From Vezdaea acicularis (Eukaryota), in NCBI GenBank assembly GCA_026025075.1, contig JAPEUI010000005.1, positions 186,001 to 250,000 of the forward strand: a stretch of 64,000 nucleotides of DNA, read 5' to 3'. Made by a program: the position numbers and the translations under genes. Of the stretch, positions 12,055-22,679 are shown piece by piece. The notes below the pieces were generated by a model. That model made no database searches and was not told the DNA's origin. It saw only the letters and a program-made list of their open reading frames with translations. Within the stretch, counting starts at the first letter, position 1, and every line of letters begins with the position of its first letter.

Positions 12055-13778
12055 ATGTCGGACGGAACGGTGGTTGGCATCATGCCATTCCCGTATAATG
12101 GGACTACCGGCACTGGCTATACCGGCGGTGACTCCATCCAACAGGATCTTAACGTCTTCTACGATGTAAGAATCATTCGCAATGAAAACGAGCTTACGAA
12201 TGCGAGTAAGGACTAACGAAATGTGTATCTAGCGGGGTGATATTGCATGGATGATCACTGCGACCGCCCTCGTGCTTCTCCAGATCCCCGGTGTTGGGTA
12301 AGATTTTATATTGACGCTCCCTACTAGATACAGTGAGTCTAACACGACGATATAGCTTCCTCTATTCCGGTCTCGCTCGGAGAAAGTCGGCTCTCCAACT
12401 AATTTTCCTTTCGATGATGTCCGTCGGCGTCGTCACTTTCCAATGGTTCTTCTGGGGCTACTCCCTCGTCTTCTCTCACTCCGCTGGTCGGTTTATTGGA
12501 AACCTCGAAATGTTCGGTTTCATGAATAATCTTGCTCAACCATCCGTGGGCGGTTCTCGCGTTCCGGATCTTCTCTTTGCTCTCTACCAGGGCATGTTTG
12601 CCTGTATCACGTGAGTAATTGAAATTTCAACCACGAATTACTGGATTATGTATTGATTATATTTCTACAGTGTCGCCCTTGCAGTCGGCGCCGTCGCGGA
12701 TCGCGGCCGCATCGCCCCCTGCCTCGTCTTCATGTTCGTATGGACAACCCTCATCTACGACCCCATCGCCTGCTGGACCTGGAACCCTAGCGGGTGGGTC
12801 AACAAGCTCGGCGGTCTCGATTTTGCCGGTGGCACGCCCGTCCATATCTCCTCCGGCATGGCTGCTCTTTCTTACTCCCTCTTCCTCGGCAAGCGCCGCG
12901 GCTTCGGCACCGCCGAGGTGCAATATCGACCGCACAACGTTATTCACGTCATCACAGGCACGACCTTCCTCTGGGTAGGCTGGTTCGGGTTCAACGCTGG
13001 ATCCGCTGGATCCGCATCCCTACGCGCCGTCTCCGCTGGTGTTGTCACCAACCTCGCTGCCGCCTGCGGTGGCCTCACCTGGGTCGCCCTAGACTACCGC
13101 CTTGAGCGCAAGTTCTCCGCCGTCGGCTTCTGCTCAGGCGTCGTCGCTGGCCTCGTCGGCATCACCCCCGCCTCTGGATACGTCCCCCCCTGGTCCGCAG
13201 TCATCTTCGGCGTCGTCCCCGCCATCACCTGCAACTTCGGCACCAAGATCAAGTACTGGCTCAAGATCGACGACGCGCTTGACATCTTCGCCCTGCACGC
13301 CATCGGCGGCATCACGGGCAACATCCTCACGGCTTTCTTCGCCGCGGACTACATTGCGCATCTCGATGGGACCTCCGTCATCAACGGCGGCTGGCTCAAC
13401 CACCACTGGATCCAGCTCGCGTACCAGCTGAACGACTGCGTCTCTGGCGCGGCATACTCCTTCGTTGGCACCAGCATCATCCTCTACATCATCAACTGGA
13501 TCCCTGGCTTGCACCTACGTGCCGACGAGGGCTCCGAGATCATCGGCATGGATGATGCCGAGTTGGGCGAGTTTGCTGTGAGTTTTTCCTGATGAAGTCA
13601 ACCAACCCTGTATATTATACTAATTCAGACGCAGTATGACTTTGTAGAAATCACACGCGACATGTCCTCTCCCTCCACCATCCAGGGTGAACCGGCCAAG
13701 CCACTAAAGGGGCATGATCAGCTCCCTGGCGCGCGCGAGACTGTCACTGAGAAGATGATTCGGGATGATTCGTCTTAG
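12055..13778 (+). CDS. MEP2: Ammonium transporter (Amt/Mep family), twin-His Mep2/MepA-type
   Basis: Exons ~12055-12165, 12233-12297, 12356-12610, 12671-13577 and 13635-13778 give 494 codons. Motifs LYSGLARRKSAL, FQWFFWGYSL, DFAGGTPVH, LWVGWFGFNAGS, GLVGITP, DDALDIFALH and GMDDAELGEFAYD. The subtype is inferred from the first pore His. Confidence 0.9.
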
Positions 13779-14211
13779 GCTGAGACTAGACTCGGACCTT
13801 TCTTGCGTTTTGTTGCGCGCGCTGTTCATGAAGTTTCTGTTGCTTCGTCCGCGCTTTCCGTTGTCGTGACGGTCGGAGGGTGGGTTGTAGGGGCGTTGAT
13901 GAGGGAATGGTAGATAGATTAATGGATATGAGATATCAACACGACTCCTGAGATTGTGCATATTTGCTGTTGAGGTGTGATTTGATGCTTGCAGTGATAG
14001 ATGCTGTTGACGATCATGCAAGGCTGGTATGCATTAGCGAGGCGGGAGGCTGAACGCTGACTTCTCGGTCGCTACTGTAGTGTGTCCGAAGAAGAGGGGA
14101 AATTATGACAGGGGTCGAGAGGATAGGTCTGTCATGGGGGAGGCATGCAGTGAGGGGGACTGCCGTGCAATGAGAGCTTCTCCATCGATTGCTTGTCATG
14201 GAAGAAGGCGC

Positions 14212-16157
14212 TCATGACATACGTGGACCCTCGAGAAACAGGCGTAATTCCTCTTGAAGTGAGACGATGACGTCTCGGGAGACGGCCCTCATGAAGTCGC
14301 CGTCGTGAAGGCTCGTGGTGGGTGGAAGCGGGTCGAAGAAGCATCTGATGCAGTGCTGGACCGCTTTCCTGTAGAGGTAGGGCAGCTCGCCAGCGGCGTC
14401 GTTTTCCCACTGCTGCGCCGTCCACAGGATAGTGCTGGCCTTCTCGGCAGCCTCGTCGCTGGTGTTCATCTCGGAGATGACGTTTTCGATTGGGGTGTCG
14501 AGCCAGAGCTCGAGAAGGATAATGCCGAGGGAGAGGAGGCTGGGGTTCCCGTGAGGGATGCGGTTGGCTTGTTGTGTGTTGCAGGATGGAAGAGAGGTTG
14601 CGTTGGGTCCGGCGAAGTCGTAGGAGACGTAGGGCTGCTCGAAGTCAACGCGCTTCTTCGAAGAGGTGCTGTTTGCCCGGAAGAACCAGATATCCTTCTT
14701 GCTCCATGCCTCGTTCAGCCACGGCGTTGCGTGTAGTTGGAGAAGGGACGAGGCGAGGTTGACAGCGATTGTTAGTCTTTCTAATTGTGACAGCCGTCCA
14801 GGGTCGTATCGAGCTGTAGTAGGATTAGAGAGCAATTCTTCTAATGTGATCATCTCCTTGGCATCGGACACCCTGTCTTTCTTGATAGGGTAGACGCCTC
14901 GTAGCTTGCCTTTTCGGTCGAGGCAGAAGCCAAGAGGTGTGGCCTCGGATCTATATTCTCTAATAGCAGTGCAGAGGTCAGTGACCTCCGGTAAGGAGGT
15001 GTGATCATGAATCTCGTCCTGCTGGGATAGCGAGGGCGCTGGGAAGTCAGGGAACCGGACGCGGGGGATCTCCGGAGCAGATACACTTAGTAGGCCGGTA
15101 AATCAGTATAAGTAGAATGCGATGTTTGGGCCAACAGCGCACATACCTTCGGGTAGCAACCGCTAATGCTGGTTTCATCATTTTATCAGCTTCTTCGATG
15201 ACTCGTATCTCCGTCTCTTGCCACTTTCCAGTGATGATCTGATTCTCCGCCACCTCAATTTCGATAGAGAAGAAGACACTGAAGCTTGTCCTTCGTAAAG
15301 CATCCTCATTGAGGTTTTTCATGGCTGATCTCTCCGATTTCGAAGGCAAGATCCTCTTTTCGAGTTGCAGCTTTGCATTATGTGCTGCTTGGCAGCTACA
15401 ATTCCACCGTACTGAGAGCGCATTGTGAAGATCACTTGCATACTCCCGGATTTGATAAAGTGGGACTGGAAATGGTGACTTCCAAAAGCTTCTGTATGGC
15501 GCTAATTTTTCGCTCTTATCCCCAAATCTTTCCAGCGTTTTGTTATGCTTGTTCAACTCCACCGTCAAACGATACATGCCTCTCTTTGACATTCCAAACT
15601 TCACCCTCTTCTTGAATTCGAATTTGTTGCCGACACATGGATTTGCTTTCAAAAAGGCGTTGAGGTCGCCTCTGTTTGGAATGTCTTCCTGCATCAAGGG
15701 CAAGGGCTCAAATCAGCTTGAACGTTTCGGAAATTGGGTAATTGATTAGCATTAAATTTTTCCATACGTTCTTTTCCTGCTCTACATCAAGTACATTTGA
15801 GATTTTCTCCATCAGTTTCTCGATATCAAGAATTGTATCGTAGTACGCCTCATATGCCTCTCCAAGCCTTTCTTTGAGCCTTTCACCCAGATCGGCATCC
15901 TTCCACATAAACCCACTTGGGTCGGCCAACATTTGCGCAATCTCATCGCGAGAGGCGATAGGTGCCAAAAGCGCCTTTAGATTTTGTTCATAGTGTACGT
16001 GTTGCGTCCTCAATGCTCTGATGAGAAATGGAAGTTGATTTTTCCATTGCACAAAGGCAACGATGGGTTGCATTCCTTCCTGATAATGCTCGAGAGCCGC
16101 GACAAAGAGCGGCAACACCGCAAGCACCAAACCAGCAGTCTCGACTCCTGTGATCAT
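14212..16157 (-). CDS. ~601-aa protein with a HeLo/SesA-like N-terminal helical domain and a C-terminal degenerate kinase-like domain (DUF7580-type, from memory)
   Basis: Exons 16157-15768, 15688-15147 and 15085-14212 give 602 codons with GTATGG and GTATGT donors. N-terminus MITGVETAGLVLAVLPLFVAALEHY. C-terminal region RLTIAVNLASSLLQLHATPWLNEAWSKKDIWFF...PYV...LLSLGIILLELWL...YRKAVQHCIRC. Confidence 0.8.
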
Positions 16158-16394
16158 GATTGCGGTGAGGTTCAGGTTGATCGAGAAAACTGAATGTGGT
16201 ATCTCAGCCTTCTCCGCAAGTCCACCAATCGGATGTTAGCAATATACAGCAACCCATACAGCTATACGCACGGAGATAGTGGGTGACCTCCAGGTTCAGC
16301 GCTTCAGTTGAATCAAGTCATTATCTACTCCATTAACATACAATATTCTAGCGAGCTGTATCTATGCAGATCCCAAGATACAAAGTCGAACGTT
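16158..16394. promoter_or_regulatory. Short (237 bp) divergent intergenic region, probable bidirectional promoter
   Basis: Lies between the minus-strand ATG at 16157 and the plus-strand ATG at 16395. Confidence 0.5.
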
Positions 16395-19300
16395 ATGTAT
16401 GCGGGAAGTAAGTTGGAGTCCACTGCAAGTTTTGCAACACGAGATTGCATAGAAGCTTTCTCCCAGCTCCATGGAAAGCTCGTCACGTCAGGATGTCCTT
16501 TAAACGTGCAGATACCGTTAGATGGATTAGAGGACGAGATAGGGAGATTTAGGGTCTGGGCAGGTAATATGGGAGCGCTCCAGCAGGGTCACAGCTCACT
16601 TGACTATCGGTTACGAGACGCAGATCTTCTTCACGAAAACATTCTCAAGCTTCTGAAAGAACTGAAAGGGACAATTAGCGAAGGTCTGCATGAGTTCTTC
16701 TCTACGAAATCATTGTTAATGGAATGTAGCACTCTCCGTCATCTCTGGAGAGAGACTTCCGTACGAGGAAGAAGCGAAAGAGGATAAGTCCTTCGGTGCA
16801 GCAGAGGGTAGATTGCTATCATCGGCAGGCAGTCTCAGTGAAAGTGACGATGACGAAGAGAGCGATGGAATCCCGGTAACGGAGTTGTGGCAGCGCTTTT
16901 TAGAGGTTGGAGATATCGTGGATAATCTATACAAGCTCTCCATTACCATTCGCAATCCCTCATCACGTTCCAGATTCTCCAAGGCAGCTTCCTATCGGCC
17001 CAAGGTAGCCATCGATGACGCGCCAGATGCGCCAAAGGTTGACCTGATTTCTCAATACGAGCAACATGACATTAAACATGTCCGAGAAATTTTTCAAGAT
17101 CTTCGCGGAGAGTCGCCAAATGAAATACGATACGCGGATGACCCTTTGATATCTCGTTTTGGAAAAGCAATCTCGCAGCGTCGGCAACAATTCATGTACT
17201 GGAGGAGACATCGAGAGAAGCTCGCTGCCGAAGGGGCGGGTACAGAATGGTCCGTCACAAAACCAATACAACCCCTCGAATTCGGAACTTCTCCAGGTTT
17301 TGATTCCGAAGAGCCTAAAATAGGGATGAAGATACCAAATACCTCAGAAATCCGTCAAAGTGGGTTTACAAAATCAGTTCTAAGCAAGACGACCGCAACA
17401 TTTTTCGTACAGAAAGAAGACATGTCCAAAGACGATCAGTCAATAGGGTCCTCAGCATCTACGGCCTTCGCTCTAGATGGGAGCAAAGTTGAGCTACCGG
17501 CACCCCCAAAAAATCTACTGCATGAGAAAGACTTTGAGTGTCCATACTGCTTCGCCATTTGTCCGGCCAGATATGGCCAAAATCGTGCTTGGAGGTACGT
17601 TTCATTACATATTGGTGGGGTTACAAGACTTTCACACTTCATCCAACGAAATTTGCTACATTTGAATTACTAGCACTGCAGTGACCCCCGAGTACGTAGA
17701 ATTGTATATCGAGCCTGCAATTGACAATTTATCATTATAGAGCCCACCTCCATCGCGATCTCCGGCCCTATCTTTGCACCTATCCGAACTGTCCAACGGC
17801 CGATCAGCTCTACGACAGCCGTCGGGAATGGCTCAGCCATGAACGTTGGAGTCATAGGAAGAAATGGCGCTGTCCCAACCATCCTCACGAGGAATACCCG
17901 CGCGTCTCGGACTATGAGTCCCATATGAGGCAAGCGCACGAAGGCACATTTACCGAGCTCCAACTACCTGCTTTGATCACGATGGGTGAGACTACGTCCG
18001 CCCATTCTGAAAGACCGTGCCCCGTGTGTTTGAAAAAAGGTGTGACGGAGGAAGCTCTTCCGGCACATCTGGCGAACCATCTCGAGAGAATCGCGGCCTT
18101 TGCGCTCCCAAGACATATCGAAACCAATGATGGTGACTCTGTCCGGAGTAACGTAGCAAAAGCAGAAAGCAAATCTCTGAGTAGCAAATCCCAACTTTCT
18201 CTTTCCCCTGAAGCTACTAGAGCGATCAGCGACTCCAGCCCTTCATCCAGTTCGTCTGGATCGTCTGGCTCTTCAATTCGACGCGAGCACATTCACGGAG
18301 ATTTCGATCAAATACCTGATTCGGATGAGCAGCTATGGGATATCCTTCCAGACCGCCAAGAAGTCATGAAAGACAGCTGGCAAACCCCCAGTCTAGGAGA
18401 TCACATCCTTCGATCTTTTCAGCACCCTTCAACTCCGATGCAATCGACGGCAGATTTGGAAAAAGAGCTTGACCGGCTGCTTTCTTGGTTCCCTGACAGA
18501 GTAGTGACCGAGAGCGAATGTGAACAAGTTACCACGCTCTTAGCACAGAGTGAAAGTATGCATACATGGAGCGAATCACCCCGACATTTCATCATTTTCC
18601 GGTTCCTAAACCAATTAGAAAATATGGATAAATTAGTCGACACCGGATGCTCAGACTTATTACTCCCATATCCTTCCGCTTACCCATTCCCCAAAATCTC
18701 CAGAAATCCGGAGATAGATGAAGATTTTCTGAATCTTCAGTCCAAAGTTCTCTCCGGCTCGTCCAATCTTAACATAGGCCAGTCCTTTCGACATGCTCAA
18801 TTCGAATCATCTCAAGATCTACCTTTTCGCATCACGCGAGATCTTGGCAGACGTGGCAGACGCATTTTCACTAAATTGGACATAATAGAATCCAGATCGG
18901 ACACTCTCCTCTACTTTCTCAAGCGCTACCGTCGAGCCGACAAAAAATTATATTCTTCAAACAGCCCATATCACCTTTTCAAAAATGAGTTGGAGATTCT
19001 CAAACGCACTTCTTATAAACACATTGTTCAACTTATGGGTAGTTTTACTGAACCCAACTTTTTTGGGCTTATTCTAAAGCCAGTGGCGCCGACAAACCTT
19101 CGCGGATTCATGGAGACTAATGAAGGAGCAGCTGACACGTCGAGGGATACAACCCTTGCTAGCTTTTTTGGATGCCTTGCTAGTGCGTTATTATATCTAC
19201 ATATCAACGACATAACCCACCAGGTAATAGTAAATACCAATAAACCTGAGTATGAATTAACCTTTCAAATAGCACATCGATTCCACGAATATCTTAGTCC

Positions 19301-22300
19301 ACAATTCAAGTCCTTTGATTTGTGGGTTTTCCACAGCCAAGGATTGGCGAGGAGAAAGCCAGGGCGCGTTTGACGGGAATCTTAGTCCCAATACCCGCCA
19401 TCATGCTAATCTAGTACTTAAGGACTCCTTTCCGAGGGCAACTTTGGATGATGTATGGTCTCTTGGATCCGTCTTCCTTGAAATATTCACTGCGCTGCGG
19501 GGAATTTCGATAGCGAATCTGCGAAATTTTCAGCAGACTCACGGAACCTCTACCTTTGCTGATCGCGCCAAGGCAGCCAACCTATGGATTGAGTCTCTTT
19601 TGCAAGACGATAAGATTCACAACGAAATTCTTGATTGCATTCAGAACATGGTGCGGATAGAACCACGTCACCGCTACTCGACTTTGACTGTTGTGAACCG
19701 TATCAGAGAATATAGTACCCGTAATGCATTGGCCCTTTCGTTCTGTGGCGCCTGCTGCATGCCAGAAGGGAGCTTACCTAAGGCCAATACTGCTATCAAC
19801 GATATGGAGAACCTAGGATTAACATATGGGACAGAAGGTCGGTTTGAGGAGGCGAGGAAGCTTCAGACACAAGTCGTAGAGATGAGGCAGAGAGTACTAG
19901 GGGAAGATCATCCTGATACGCTGGCCAGCATGGAACGCCTAGCAATAACATACAGGGCAGAAGGTCGATTCAAGGAGGCGGAGGAGCTTCAGACAAAAAT
20001 CTTCACGGCAAGAACAAGACTACTGGAAGCGGGGCATCCTGATACGCTGTCCGGCATGGAAAACCTAGCAATATTATATAGGACAGAAGGTCGGTTTGAG
20101 GAGGCGAGGAAGCTTCAGACACAAGTCTTAGAGACGAAAAAGAGAGTACTAGGGGAGGATCATCCTGATATGCTGTCCAGCATGGATAACTTGGCGGTGA
20201 CATGTAGGATCAAAGGTCAAGTAAAAGAGGCGGAGGAGCTTCAGATGCAAGTATTCAGGATAAGAATGAGAGTACTGGGAGAAGAACATCCTGAGACCCT
20301 GGCCAGCATGGAAAATCTAGCAGTAACATATGGGGCAGAAGGTCAAATGAAGGAGGCGGAAGAACTTCAGACAAAAGTCTTCGAGATAAGAAGAAAACAT
20401 TTAGGGGAGAAGCATCCTGAGACGCTGATCAGTATGGAGAATCTAGCAATAACATATAGGTCAGAAGGCCGATTAAAGGAGGCGGAGAAGATTCAGATAA
20501 AAGTCTTAGAGATAAGTAAGGAAATGCTAGGAGAGAAGCATTTTGATACACTAAGACATATGGAACACCTGGCAATTACATATGGGTCAAGAGGTCGACT
20601 TGTAATGGCGGAGGAGCTCCAGGTACAAGTCTTACAGACAACTAGGGAACTACTAGGAGAGAAGCATCCTGACACGCTGAGACGTATGGAAAACCTAGCA
20701 ACAACATATGGGTTTCGAGGTTGGGACTCTTTGTCGGAAGAACTTCACGCAAAAGTCTTAGAGACGAGGAAAGAAATACTAGGAGAGATGCATCCAGATA
20801 CACTGGCAAGCATGGAGCATTTGGGGTTAACGTATGCTGTAGAGGGTAGGTTAAATGAGGCGGAAAAACTTCAGATACAAGTCTTAGAGACAAGGAAGGA
20901 AATATTAGGAGAGAAGCACCATGATACTCTGAGAAGCATAGGGCGTCTGGCGTCGACGTATCTTGCAGAGGGCAGATTAAATGAGGCGGAAAAACTTCAG
21001 ATACAAGTCTTAGAGACAAGGAAGGAAATACTAGGAGAGAAGCATCATGATACTCTGAGTAGCATAGGGCGTCTGGCGTCGACGTATCTTGCACAGGGCA
21101 GATTAAATGAGGCGGAAAAACTTCAGATACAAGTCTTAGAGACAAGGAAGGAAATATTAGGAGAGAAGCACCATGATACTCTGAGAAGCATAGGGCGTCT
21201 GGCGTCAACATATCTTGCAGAGGGCAGATTAAATGAGGCGGAAAAACTTCAGATACAAGTCTTAGAGACGAGGCAGAGAGTAGTAGGGGATGATCATCCT
21301 GATACGCTGAGAAGCATGGAGGACCTGTCAGTGACATATAGGGGTGAAGGCCGATTCAAGGAGGCAGAGGAGCTTCAGATACAAGTCCTAAAGACAAGGA
21401 AGGAAACACTAGGAGAGAAGCATCCTGATACGCTAGCCAGCATGGAGAACTTGGCAGTAACATATAGCGTTGAACACCGATCCATGGAGGCGAAGGGGCT
21501 TCATATACAAGTCTTAGAGACAAAAAAGGAAACACTAGGAGAGAAGCATCCTGATACGCTGAGAAGCATGGAGAACCTGGCAGCAACATATAGAATTGAA
21601 AATCGATTAGAGGAGGCGGAGGAGCTTCAGATACAAGTCTTAGAGACAAGGAAGGAAACATTAGGAGAGAAGCATCCTGATACGCTGAGTAGCATGGAGA
21701 AACTGGCAGAAATATATATGTTTGAAGGTCGATATGAGAAAGCAGAGGAGCTTCAGATACAAGTCTTAGAGACAAGTAAGGAAATACTAGGGGAGAAGCG
21801 TCCTGATACGCTGAGAAGTGTGGAAAATCTGGCAATAACATACAGGTATAAAGGTCGATTTGAGGAAGCAGAGGGGCTTCAGATACAAGTCTTAGAGACA
21901 AGGAAGGAGATACTAGGAGAGATGCATCTTGATACGCTAAGAAGCATGGAACATCTAGCTTCAACATATCGGGCAGAGGGTAAGTTAAAGAAGACGGAGG
22001 TTCTTCAGATACAAGTCTTAGAGACAAGAAAGGGAACACTTGGAGAGAAGCATCCTGATACGCTGGTCTGCATGGAGAACCTGGCAGTAACATATAGGTC
22101 TGAGGGTCGATTTGAGGAAGCCGAGGAGCTTCGGATACAAGTCTTAGAGACAAGGAAGGAAATATTAGGAGAGGCGCATCCTGATACTTTACTCTCTATG
22201 TACAACCTTGCAAGCCTGTACGGTTCTATTCATGGACGGCAGGAAGGTATACAGTTGGCTAAGCAAGCATTGGACGGTCAGACGATAGTTTTAGGCAAAG

Positions 22301-22371
22301 ACCACCCCAACACAATCTCGTCGGCGAAACTCCTCGAACAATTACAACTACCAAAAGCCGATCAGGAATAA
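16395..22371 (+). CDS. ~1911-aa multidomain protein: N-terminal helical domain, C2H2-type zinc fingers, protein pseudokinase and ~20 kinesin-light-chain-type TPR repeats
   Basis: Exons 16395-16683, 16730-17594, 17741-19223 and 19273-22371 total 5736 nt, in frame with no internal stops. Motifs GRFRVWAGNMGA..SSLDYRLRD; FECPYCF..WRAHLHRDLRPYLCTYPNC..WLSHERWSH; CPVC..HLANHLERIA. Kinase motifs FLKR, NELEIL, HIVQLMGSF, CLASALLYLH and DVWSLGSVFLEI. Repeated LGEKHPDTL units. Confidence 0.85.
19790..22340 (+). repeat. Coding tandem array of 126-nt (42-aa) TPR repeats, ~20 units plus a capping helix
   Basis: Consensus HPDTLxSMENLAxTYxxEGRxxEAEELQIQVLETRKEILGEK. The DNA motif cttcagatacaagtcttagagac recurs at 126-nt spacing. 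Confidence 0.95.
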
Positions 22372-22679
22372 CGGAAGTATCGAGGAGCAGAGCAGTATAT
22401 TGTTTCATCTCTAGAACACATCCATGGTTCATCACGAAATCTACAAACTTATCCAGCCATGCCTCCTGCACAGCCTTGCGCGATTAAGCTCGTCCACGAG
22501 CCACACAGTGCCCCCCTGAGACTTCCTTCTTCACTTGAAACCTAGGACTACGTGCCCCTAAATAAGGCGGACCAACGGGCCGAGACTTGTTTTGGGCTAA
22601 CGTCTCATTCGATAAAACATTTAGTTACTTCAGATAGTGACCATCTACATCGAGCATCTCATTAAGTTAGACAACCATC

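Noticed and set aside
6635..13778. Functional SSU1-Mep cluster (sulfite and ammonium handling)
   Set aside because: The genes are ~3.9 kb apart with no shared motif seen; adjacency alone is insufficient evidence.
20642..22153. Antisense repetitive ORFs (SLRLVSE.. repeats)
   Set aside because: Reverse-strand reflection of the TPR array, with no independent support.
19790..22340. Regularly spaced repeats that could suggest a CRISPR-like array
   Set aside because: They are contiguous in-frame 126-nt coding units with no unique spacers and no cas genes, in a eukaryotic context.
16395..22371. Canonical NLR (NACHT or NB-ARC) or amyloid-signalling receptor
   Set aside because: No Walker A (GxxxxGK[ST]) or Walker B motif was found in the spliced protein, and no HRAM, PP or sigma-like Gly/Asn/Gln motif at the termini of either partner.
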